The notes: generated by a model from the letters alone, not told the origin. A stretch of DNA of 64,000 nucleotides from a virus (IMGVR_UViG_3300032282_006300:1-64000); one strand, 5' to 3'. Counted from the stretch's first letter, positions 29,819-37,575 are shown. A program made the numbers and translations.

Positions 29819-29918
29819 TGTCGTTCCTTTCCTTGTCGTTGTAAGCGGTCTTGCTTACAGGGACTAACTTACCGGACACACCGGAGGAGTCAAGCATTTC
29901 CTCCGGCGTGTCGCGGAT

Positions 29919-30185
29919 TTATTTCGTGTTCAGCGCGTCAAACTGTGCGTGCCACTCAGGGCTTGTCGCCTTGCCACACGAGATAGCAACTTCCAGCACC
30001 GCAATCGCGGTGTCAATAGACATCACCACTTCTTGTGGTGCGTCTGGAGCAGACCACTCGTATAAGTGCCTGTCCTCTCGCGCGATGTGCCAAGACTCGT
30101 ACCGAGCCTGAGCAAGTTCGCCCAGAGCCGAGTCAAGCAGGTTCAGCACGCGAAGCGTGGTTTCCCTTTGCCTTTGGACTGTCAA
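29919..30185 (-). CDS. Hypothetical early protein
   Basis: TTG start with AAAGGA RBS, own promoter. Confidence 0.55.
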   Translation of the reverse strand: MTVQRQRETTLRVLNLLDSALGELAQARYESWHIAREDRHLYEWSAPDAPQEVVMSIDTAIAVLEVAISCGKATSPEWHAQFDALNTK

Positions 30186-30719
30186 TGTCCTTTCCTTCCT
30201 GTTGAGTTGTTGGTAATAACCTACACGAAACCTCCGACAATGCTGGGATTTCGCTCGGCGTGTCGCAAACTTTATGAGATTTATTTATTTATTGGAGTCA
30301 CCGGCGTGTCGCTACACGACCTGTGAGTAAATCCTCCCTAACGGACTTTCAGGCAGGGGGTGGGGTGATTGCCCCTAAACAGGGGGTAAATGGCTTAGAA
30401 CGGCGCACAGGGCTTCTCCGGCGATTTGGCTAAAGTCAAGCATTTGGCTCGGCGTGTCGGGAACTTTCGTGACAATAGCAACCGCACGACTTGACCTGCC
30501 CTTCGCGCTCGTATGACTCACGACACGCCGAGTGCTGATGTGTCAAGCACCAGCCGAAACTTGTGGTACGGTCGGAGGTGGACTTTGGCTTCGGCTTCGG
30601 CTTCGGCTTTGCCCTAGTCATTGGCTTGCCCCCCTGAGCAGGGGCAGAGGTCGCTGGGCGAGTTCGGGAGTCAGCCCCCTGCCGGTGACATAACGGACAT
30701 TTCGGGCATAGCCCGATTT

Positions 30720-30943
30720 GAGTCCGAACTGAAAGTCCGGCGGCGAACTTGCTGGCTGACCCTGAGAGTCCACACAAGGTGTCCCAGCCTGTGATTGTGA
30801 CAAAGACCGGCGACAGTCCGAAGCCCCCTGGAATAGTCCGAACTCAGTCCGGTCATAGTCCCCTAATAGGGTGGTACGCATTAGTCCGAAGTCAGTCCGA
30901 GCATAGTCCCCTATGCTCAGTCCGACCTCAGTCCGGTAGTTCG
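30720..30943. repeat. Iteron-like array of (T/C)AGTCCG units, often 11 bp apart
   Basis: About 9 AGTCCG plus AGTCCC/AGTTCG variants in 220 bp. Confidence 0.85.
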
Positions 30944-30946
30944 GCA

Positions 30947-31417
30947 TTACCAACTCGCCCGATACTGAAACTCCCAGCCTTGAGGAGTGTCCTTCAGCAC
31001 ACGCTCTAGTTGCTCAATGGAGTCGTCAATGTCTGACCAATAGGACTCGTCAATCTCGGTTGAGCCGAAGAAGAAGCCAGCGCAAGGAGGCAACAGTTCC
31101 TCAGCGACCTCCTTGCCTCCAGCCTTGACATTGAGGCAGATGGTCAGCAGTTCGCTCAGTTGCTCACGACCGACATACATCTCCTGACATTCGTCAATGC
31201 CTCGCCCACAGTTGTCTACGAACCAGCGATGGATTTGATTTGCCTTGCGCCAATAGCCAACGGACAGGTCAATCTTTGCTGAAGGCACGAAGCCCCCTAC
31301 AAAGTCTTGACCTTTGACGGCCTCCAAGACCGCGCTGAAGGTGTCCTGATTGGCTTGGGACTGATAGATAGACTCGCTGACATACTTAGTCGCGGTCAGG
31401 TATTGGTCTAGACCCAT
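30947..31417 (-). CDS. Conserved phage hypothetical protein
   Basis: MGLDQYL...YWRKANQIHRWFV...GFFFGST...YRASW family signature. Confidence 0.8.
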   Translation of the reverse strand: MGLDQYLTATKYVSESIYQSQANQDTFSAVLEAVKGQDFVGGFVPSAKIDLSVGYWRKANQIHRWFVDNCGRGIDECQEMYVGREQLSELLTICLNVKAGGKEVAEELLPPCAGFFFGSTEIDESYWSDIDDSIEQLERVLKDTPQGWEFQYRASW

Positions 31418-31418
31418 C

Positions 31419-31691
31419 TCAATCACCCTCCTCATCAAGCCACGGTTCTAGGTGGTGTCCATCAACGATTGCCCACGCTGGCGCGCTCATCTCACCGCGA
31501 TACAGAATACCTTCGGGGAGGTCAATGTCTGCCTCGCTGTTGCCCTCGTTCACAGCCTCAATGGCCAGCACGCAAGGCTCAATCATTGTGGCGGGCACAG
31601 GTGGGTAGTGATTGTTGGTGAGGTGGATAGATAGTGCTTGACGCAAGCCAAACATACTCGTGGCTAGGTCTTGTGCGAAGTTGCTTCCCAT
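31419..31691 (-). CDS. Conserved actinophage hypothetical protein
   Basis: HLTNNHYPPVP...IVDGHHLEPWL. Confidence 0.7.
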   Translation of the reverse strand: MGSNFAQDLATSMFGLRQALSIHLTNNHYPPVPATMIEPCVLAIEAVNEGNSEADIDLPEGILYRGEMSAPAWAIVDGHHLEPWLDEEGD

Positions 31692-31775
31692 TGTCGTTCC
31701 TTCCTTGTTGTTGGTAGTTCCATTGTGGCACACACCGGAGGTCATTTGGGGGATTGACCTCCGGTGTGTCGGGAC

Positions 31776-32195
31776 TTATTCCGCAACAGCCAGCAGGATA
31801 AGTCGTTTCACATCACTGCCATAACCGCGCTCCAACATCTGAGCAAACAGTTGCGCGAGCCGGTTGTCCTCATTGTCGCCCTGACTCATCTCAAAGAAGT
31901 GCTGAGATACTTCGGGCAAGCCCCAGCAATGAGCGAGGATACTCGCCACAATCGCAGGGTGGTCGCGCTCACCATCAGGTGCGATGGTTGCGTACTCGTA
32001 GATGAAAGTTCGCAGTTCATACGCACCATCATCACTGCTCAGGGCAAGCCCCAGAACATTGTCGCGCACATACAGGTTGCTGAACGCGCTGGCCAGCATG
32101 GCAAACACTTCAGGCGTGTAGGTGCGTTCATTGTTGTCAATGGCAACAGCGAAGTCCACGACTGCCTGAACCTCTGAGTCGCTGTGGCTAATCAC
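31776..32195 (-). CDS. DUF4192-like helical protein
   Basis: VRDNVL...IVASILA...NRLAQL, similar in pattern to 21867-22325. Confidence 0.45.
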   Translation of the reverse strand: MISHSDSEVQAVVDFAVAIDNNERTYTPEVFAMLASAFSNLYVRDNVLGLALSSDDGAYELRTFIYEYATIAPDGERDHPAIVASILAHCWGLPEVSQHFFEMSQGDNEDNRLAQLFAQMLERGYGSDVKRLILLAVAE

Positions 32196-32362
32196 ATTGA
32201 CTCCTTAGCAAGTTGGATAGCGCGAACCATACCGCTTGCCCAGCCATCGTTGTATTGGATTTCCTCGTCCTCCAACTCGCCTTCCTCAGCCTCAGCCTTG
32301 TCTAGCGCGGTCGTCTGGTCGTGTTCTGCCTGAAGGACTTTGATGAGTTCCTCAATGGTCAT
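32192..32362 (-). CDS. Small acidic hypothetical protein (56 aa, below ORF-track cutoff)
   Basis: MTIEELIKVLQAEHDQTTALDKAEAEEGELEDEE..., follows a promoter cassette with GGAAGGAAG RBS. Confidence 0.6.
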   Translation of the reverse strand: MTIEELIKVLQAEHDQTTALDKAEAEEGELEDEEIQYNDGWASGMVRAIQLAKESM

Positions 32363-32511
32363 TGTCTTGCTTCCTTCCTTGTTGTTGTTGTTGTTGTTGG
32401 TCTTACTATTTCACACACTCTGGTCATTTCGGTGTATTGACCTCGGCGTGTCGTGGACTTATTTCGGAAGGTGTTGCCCCTGCCCAATGGCGGTCAGGCA
32501 GGGGCAAGTAC

Positions 32512-33348
32512 CTATCCCTCCTCGTAGAAGTCAAACGAGTTCCAAGCCTCGTCCTCGTCCCAATCGTTGTCCCAAGCAGAGCCGTCAGACCCAAGCAAGG
32601 GCACATAGTCAGGGTTGGCAATCTCAGCCAACACTTCATAGCGACAGGTACGCAACTTCTGGAAGTCGCAGTCGCGCGGAACGGATACAACATCGCGAGG
32701 GTTGATTTTCACCTTGACCACGCGAGGTGCGAAGGTGGAGGCGTAGTCCCAAGTGCCAGCGTGGAGTCCGGTAGAACAGCCCTCAAAGGCGTTTGCGTTC
32801 ACGCGATTGCGAGGCATTTCCACGATTGACCCAACAGAGTTCGGGACATTACCGTAGACGGTCTGACCATCTACGATTGCTTCCCCAGAGTGAACCGAGG
32901 TGAGGTCGTCCCTCAGACCCTTGTAGGCGATAAAGTCACCGTCCTCAGTAATGGTGAAGTTCCGGTCGTTGAGCCAAGTGTAAAGTTGCTCACGACTGTT
33001 GCCATTACGGTTCTGGAGTACCTTCTCGTAGAAGTTCACGAGAGGCACGAAATCGTAGATACCCTGCTTCTGAAAGCGCGAGATTTGCGCCGACAAAGAG
33101 TTGTCCACGAGTTCACCATCAACATACACACGACCATCGCTGATTGAGATACGGTCGCTGACCTTCTCAAAGGCTTGTCGTGCTTGCTCGGCTAGGTCAA
33201 ACAAGCCAAACACTTGAGGGTCGTCCTTGATAACTCCCTCAATAATCTGCGCGAACGCAGGGTGATTGTTGGTGGCTGTGTAGACCTTGCCACCTTGTAG
33301 CACCGTAATGGCTGAGCCATTACCTGTGCTGATGAGTTCGTAAAGCAT
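32512..33348 (-). CDS. rIIB: rIIB-like protein
   Basis: NPS-like NRNGNSREQLY...ITEDGDFIAYK...VEMPR...CSTGLHAG...KINPRDVVSVP.D....R.CRYEV. Confidence 0.9.
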   Translation of the reverse strand: MLYELISTGNGSAITVLQGGKVYTATNNHPAFAQIIEGVIKDDPQVFGLFDLAEQARQAFEKVSDRISISDGRVYVDGELVDNSLSAQISRFQKQGIYDFVPLVNFYEKVLQNRNGNSREQLYTWLNDRNFTITEDGDFIAYKGLRDDLTSVHSGEAIVDGQTVYGNVPNSVGSIVEMPRNRVNANAFEGCSTGLHAGTWDYASTFAPRVVKVKINPRDVVSVPRDCDFQKLRTCRYEVLAEIANPDYVPLLGSDGSAWDNDWDEDEAWNSFDFYEEG

Positions 33349-33482
33349 TTCGTTTCCTTCCTTGTAGTTGTTAGTTCTAACTTACCATCTGGGACTGACA
33401 AACCGTGTATTGACGACCGGCGTGTCGTGAGAAGTTTCGGCAGGGCAGGTCAGGCAGGGAAGCCCTGACCTGCCCCTGACCG

Positions 33483-35519
33483 TCACTCGCTGGACTGCTG
33501 ACGCAGGGCATAGGAAGCGTTGAGGTAGATAACAAACTCAGCCCTGACGAGTTCACTATCGGTCACACGACCCAGCCAGATTTCGTTGAGCAGGGGATAA
33601 CTGTGAAGGCTGGTCTTGTAGTCGCTGACCAAAGACTCACCGATAGAGAACGAAAGCGTTCGTGCCAACTTGCGGAACTTGCTCACGACCTCACCGACCT
33701 TCTCATAGCAATCTTTCAGGTCGCGCAGTTCGTCAATGAACTGCTGGTCGTCTACCAATCCCTCTAGCGCGTCAGCGAGTTTGGCTGGCTGACCGAACGA
33801 GTTGTTATTGGAGTTGTAGAGAACAACCTCGCGCGATGTGAACGCTGTCAATGCTTCAGCATAGTCGCGCTTGATTGCTTGTTGGACTGTCAGAGCCAGA
33901 GGGTTCTCTCGCAAGAACTTGTCCTGACGGTTCTTGGCAACTTCCACGACCGCGTAGTTGTCCTCCACAAAATGCTCCACAATACGATTGCGCGAATAGC
34001 CACGGTACTCGTCATTGCTCAGTTCCGTTGGCGAGAAGTAGAGAACCTGCTTGCCAGCAAAGTCAATGCTGTCGGCTGGCATAAGCCCTCCGTTGTTGGT
34101 GACAAGTTCCCAATCCTTAGTGCGTGTTGGGGAGTTCGCGGTGGTCGTTCCAACAGATTGCTTGTGAACTTTGATTGCCTTGATTGTTGAGTAATCAACG
34201 GCAAGAACATTGACCCACTCGCCGACAAAGTTGGTGTCTGCGAATAAGTATTCCGTTGGAGCAGTTTCCAAAGCGAGCGTGTCCACATAAGCGTTCACTC
34301 TCTCAATGGTCGTGGCAGAAGGGTACGACTCACTGCTGTATCCGGTGACAAGAAGTACCTTGCCCAAGTCGCTCGCAATAATAGAACTTTGACGAGAGTT
34401 CTTACGACTACCGTAAGAAGGACTGAGTTGGTGGAGCAGGTAAGAATAACGGAACTGATTGGGCACAGTTTCGCCCCTGAACTCAAACCGCTTGTTGCTG
34501 TCCTCAATGTTGCGCGCAATCGCTCGCCATTGGGTCGCTTCCTCAAAGGCTTCTGCCTTGTTGTTAGCCCTTCCGACATCGGCATAGGCTTTATTGCGTG
34601 CGTTCTTGCGTGCGATGTTCACGAGTTCGGCAAGTCGCTTCTCGGTTCGGTCTGTCAAGTGTAGTTCCTCACGGCTTGGCACGAAGTTGAGTTCGCCCAT
34701 TGGAACTGTGAATACGACAAGGCAATCAAACCAACGGTTGAGTTCGTCTGCGATGTTGCGTGGAGCAGGGTAAGGCACTCCACCCATTACGAAGGTGTGC
34801 GCGCTAATCCTGTCGTCTACCGATTGCGCGCGCCAAGAACTCCAAGCAGGCAGGTTGGTAGCAACAATGGACACATCGTCAGTTCCGACTTCCTTGCCCT
34901 CCACCTTGACATTAGGTTCACCGTCAATCAAGACAGAACCGGACTCCCAGACAGAGAACAGTATCTTAGCCTTGCTTGCGAACTTGTTGTCCGGCTTGGC
35001 TGGGACAGTAATCTTGACTCCGTTGCGTTCGGTCGTGGAGGCGGTGTCCATCACCGACATAGTGCCAGCACCGTCAGTCTTGACTGAGATAAGTACCTCA
35101 GACTTCACACCGTCCTTCACAGCCGTCATAATGAACTGTGAGGCATAGGTCAGGGCAGACTTTGAGCCAAGACCGAGCATACCTGTTTGCTCATTGGACT
35201 CGCGCTTAGTGCTTGCTCCATAGCGTGAGTAGATAGCAGTAATGTCGTCAAGCGACAGCCCTAAGCCAAAGTCCTGAATAGTCAGGAACGGAGAGAGCGT
35301 GTTGGGGAGATTGACCTCAATGGGGGCAGGGTTGCCAGAGGCGATGTGAGAGTCGCGCGCGTTGCTGGAATACTCACGCAAGACTGCCATTTCGGGGTCG
35401 GAGTAGAGGTTGGTCAGAACGCTCATAATGTGAGCGAGCGAGTTCTGGTCAATGCTCATCTCAATGGACTCGCCCTCAAAGGTTGAGGACTTACGAATAC
35501 CTGTCTTTGCTGGTATCAC
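33483..35519 (-). CDS. rIIA: rIIA-like protein (GHKL/HATPase N-terminus)
   Basis: LYSDP.MAVLREYSSNARDSH...IQDFGLGLS...YGASTKR.SN...GMLGLGSKS...SREEL, adjacent to rIIB. Confidence 0.9.
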   Translation of the reverse strand: MIPAKTGIRKSSTFEGESIEMSIDQNSLAHIMSVLTNLYSDPEMAVLREYSSNARDSHIASGNPAPIEVNLPNTLSPFLTIQDFGLGLSLDDITAIYSRYGASTKRESNEQTGMLGLGSKSALTYASQFIMTAVKDGVKSEVLISVKTDGAGTMSVMDTASTTERNGVKITVPAKPDNKFASKAKILFSVWESGSVLIDGEPNVKVEGKEVGTDDVSIVATNLPAWSSWRAQSVDDRISAHTFVMGGVPYPAPRNIADELNRWFDCLVVFTVPMGELNFVPSREELHLTDRTEKRLAELVNIARKNARNKAYADVGRANNKAEAFEEATQWRAIARNIEDSNKRFEFRGETVPNQFRYSYLLHQLSPSYGSRKNSRQSSIIASDLGKVLLVTGYSSESYPSATTIERVNAYVDTLALETAPTEYLFADTNFVGEWVNVLAVDYSTIKAIKVHKQSVGTTTANSPTRTKDWELVTNNGGLMPADSIDFAGKQVLYFSPTELSNDEYRGYSRNRIVEHFVEDNYAVVEVAKNRQDKFLRENPLALTVQQAIKRDYAEALTAFTSREVVLYNSNNNSFGQPAKLADALEGLVDDQQFIDELRDLKDCYEKVGEVVSKFRKLARTLSFSIGESLVSDYKTSLHSYPLLNEIWLGRVTDSELVRAEFVIYLNASYALRQQSSE

Positions 35520-35630
35520 TTTGGAACTTCCCTTCGGTTGTTGTTGGTGACGGTCATCACCTTGTGCCCTAATCATTACACGACAAACGCCGATACTCGT
35601 GGATTGAGTACCGGCGTGTCGCGGATTATT

Positions 35631-35993
35631 TCAGAACGAGTAGGTATTGACCTTCTCAACCGATTTCATACGAGCCTTCAGCACCTTCTCGTACTCCGAA
35701 CGCTCGTGATACACATAGCCACAGGAGTTGCCTGTGCCAACGAAGTAGAAGATTGTGGTGAAGCAGTTGTAAGGGTCACAGGCGTTGTCCATCTTCCACC
35801 TCAGACCCCCCATGTCGTCTACCCAAACATCGTCAATCGGGATACCGCAGGAGAAGTGATACACCTTCGCCAGATAGTCCTTCTTGACCCACCCTTTCGG
35901 GTTGAGCAGTCGCGCAGTCTTGGAGGCTTCCGTCAGGCTGGTGTTCTTTCCCCAGCGACCGTTTCCACCAATGACGACATAGAAATCAGACAT
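35631..35993 (-). CDS. Hypothetical early protein
   Basis: 120 aa with GGGAG RBS, first gene downstream of the non-coding hub. Confidence 0.6.
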   Translation of the reverse strand: MSDFYVVIGGNGRWGKNTSLTEASKTARLLNPKGWVKKDYLAKVYHFSCGIPIDDVWVDDMGGLRWKMDNACDPYNCFTTIFYFVGTGNSCGYVYHERSEYEKVLKARMKSVEKVNTYSF

Positions 35994-36246
35994 ACAATCA
36001 TCTCCCCTGTTGAGTTATGCCAGCACTTGCTGACAAGAACTAACTTAGCACCTCAGACCCCCGAAACCGTGTATTGACCGCTTCGGCGTGTCGCCGGAAT
36101 AGAGATTTCCAACTATTTCCAAACTCTCGGCGTGTCGCTACAAGGGCTGTATGTAAATGCTCTGTAATCGCCTGAAACGATGTGGTTGGTATGGTTGGGT
36201 GGATACGGGGGGTAAGTGGCTCAAATCGCCTCCTACGGCTTCTAAA

Positions 36247-36271
36247 GACCATTGTCCCACATTGTTCCACT
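36247..36271 (-). promoter_or_regulatory. Short MraZ-type GTGG decamer repeat
   Basis: GTGGAACAAT-GTGGGACAAT-GG on the minus strand, 10-bp period. Confidence 0.4.
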
Positions 36272-36456
36272 ATGTCCGATTTGCTCTGCTCTGTTGAGTT
36301 ATGGCTTTCGCTACCTCAAGCATAGCATCACTTGACCCAAAATCTTGGTATTGACTCTCGGCGTGTCGTGAAAAGATTTATTTATTTTCGGCGTGTCGGT
36401 ACTTGATTTCGCGCCTCAAAAGAGTAAAGTTGAGTTTGGTGCCCAAAAACATTTAT

Positions 36457-36472
36457 TCGTACAGGTGTTCTA
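36457..36472. promoter_or_regulatory. LexA (SOS)-box-like site
   Basis: TCGTAC-AGGT-GTTCTA versus the actinobacterial consensus TCGAAC-N4-GTTCGA (2 mismatches). Confidence 0.5.
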
Positions 36473-36654
36473 ATCCAACGACACTCTGTTGCCTCGGTTC
36501 CCTAACTCACCAGCCTAATGCCAAATGGGGCACTTGTCAAAGACCGACACGCGGTTTGGTAGGTGTTTATCATCACACTCAAATCGGCGTGTCTTGCCAA
36601 GATTTCAGGTATGGTTCGGCTATGGTGGTCGTGCCCACGAGCATAACCTACCTT

Positions 36655-36682
36655 ACTTGACATAATGTGTATTATCGGCGTG
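36655..36682 (-). other. dif-like XerC/XerD recombination site
   Basis: CACGCCGATAA-TACACA-TTATGTCAAGT, an 11-6-11 layout. The XerD arm TTATGTCAAGT and the GCCGATAA of the XerC arm match the actinobacterial dif as I recall it. Confidence 0.8.
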
Positions 36683-36824
36683 AGCCACTACGAGTAGGAG
36701 GTCTAGGCACAAATGCCCTTCAGAAGCCCTGTAAGGCTCGCTGAGGGACTTACCCTCCTTCTGTAGGCAATCACCCTAGCCCTTACCTGTTAGGCGCTCA
36801 TGAAGCCATACAGAGCCTCCAAAT

Positions 36825-36951
36825 CTATCCACAGACCTCACGCCTGTATCCACAGGTTATCCACAGGTCGCAAGTTATCCACAGGTTATCCACAAGGTTG
36901 TCCACATTGTGGATAAAATCTGTGGATAACTTGTCCACAGCCTGTGGATAG
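36825..36951. promoter_or_regulatory. Cluster of 10 DnaA boxes
   Basis: TTATCCACA at 36857, 36875, 36886. TGTGGATAA at 36908, 36921. TTGTCCACA at 36898, 36931. One-mismatch boxes at 36825, 36846, 36943. Confidence 0.9.
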
Positions 36952-37055
36952 TGCCTGTCCGTTATGTCCGATTTGCCAGACACGGGGGGTCTCAGCGCCA
37001 GCCAGACCCGCGGGGAGCCATACCATACCCCTACCCCCGCCGCGCGCGTGGACCA

Positions 37056-37276
37056 TAGTCCGGTCCAGTCCGGTCCGTGAGCATGAGCATGACCGGTGTC
37101 AGTGAGCATGACCGAGTCCGGTGTCAGGGCTATAGTCCGATTTCAGTCCGGCGGTTCCCAAAAATAGTCCGAACTTAGTCCGAAGATCAGTCCGAAGCAT
37201 TTTTAAATAGTCCGGACCCATACATGTAAAAAGTCCTCGGCACATCTAGTCCGAAAATAGTCCGGCCATAGTCCGA
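37056..37276. repeat. Second iteron-like (T/C)AGTCCG array
   Basis: About 12 AGTCCG units, many 11 bp apart, same orientation as 30720-30943. Confidence 0.85.
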
Positions 37277-37370
37277 CACAAGTACGCTCGCGTGACGCTC
37301 GCAACTTAATTCAACTTGTTCTCGCCGCCGACTCTTCTTGCACAGCGAACGTGTCCGTAGGCACAAAAAG

Positions 37371-37420
37371 ATGGTAGAAAGTGGTAGAAAGTGGTGCATG
37401 GTGGGGCTTTGTGGGACTTT
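37371..37420 (+). promoter_or_regulatory. MraZ-type binding array (5 x 10-bp GTGG repeats)
   Basis: ATGGTAGAAA GTGGTAGAAA GTGGTGCATG GTGGGGCTTT GTGGGACTTT. Confidence 0.65.
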
Positions 37421-37575
37421 GCTATTAGATATCTGTTAGTGAACTATTGTCCCTATTCGCACGCTTGATTGTAAACGGTACGGGTAATCTTCCAAACACT
37501 ATCGTCCACATGAACGCTACTATGATGTCCATGAGGATATGATCAGGGTCAGATATGTTTTCTAGGAATTGTTCT

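Larger units (their letters stand above)
26815..36593 (-). repeat. Dispersed promoter repeat CGACACGCCG (about 22 copies) heading early gene cassettes
   Basis: + strand cggcgtgtcg near 26852, 27228, 27591, 28053, 28433, 28974, 29074, 29105, 29262, 29903, 30255, 30301, 30449, 31761 (variant), 32443, 33417, 35611, 36083, 36127, 36358, 36388 and 36584. Usually 36-37 nt upstream of a TAnnnT -10 box. Confidence 0.9.

Noticed and set aside
30436-31009. ORFs 30436-30777, 30618-30953, 30671-30856 and 30749-31009
   Set aside because: They mostly translate the AGTCCG array and lack good RBS. A short real ORF near 30436-30621 cannot be excluded.
36170-36260. Possible tRNA-like sequence
   Set aside because: I could not build a consistent cloverleaf or T-loop.
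26815-36400. CRISPR array interpretation of the CGGCGTGTCG repeats
   Set aside because: Spacing is irregular (30 bp to 2 kb), the intervals contain genes, and no cas genes are present. The layout fits promoters.
36605-36657. Two IdeR/DtxR-like boxes next to the dif site
   Set aside because: Only about 11-12 of 19 positions match by eye. A PWM score is needed before claiming them.
36655-36951. Interpretation as bacterial chromosome oriC/ter or a prophage boundary
   Set aside because: There are no dnaA, dnaN or other host genes, and phage genes continue co-directionally on both sides.
36825-37399. ORFs 36825-37109 and 37187-37399
   Set aside because: They are translations of DnaA-box, iteron and GTGG repeats (VDNLWIT-type peptides).
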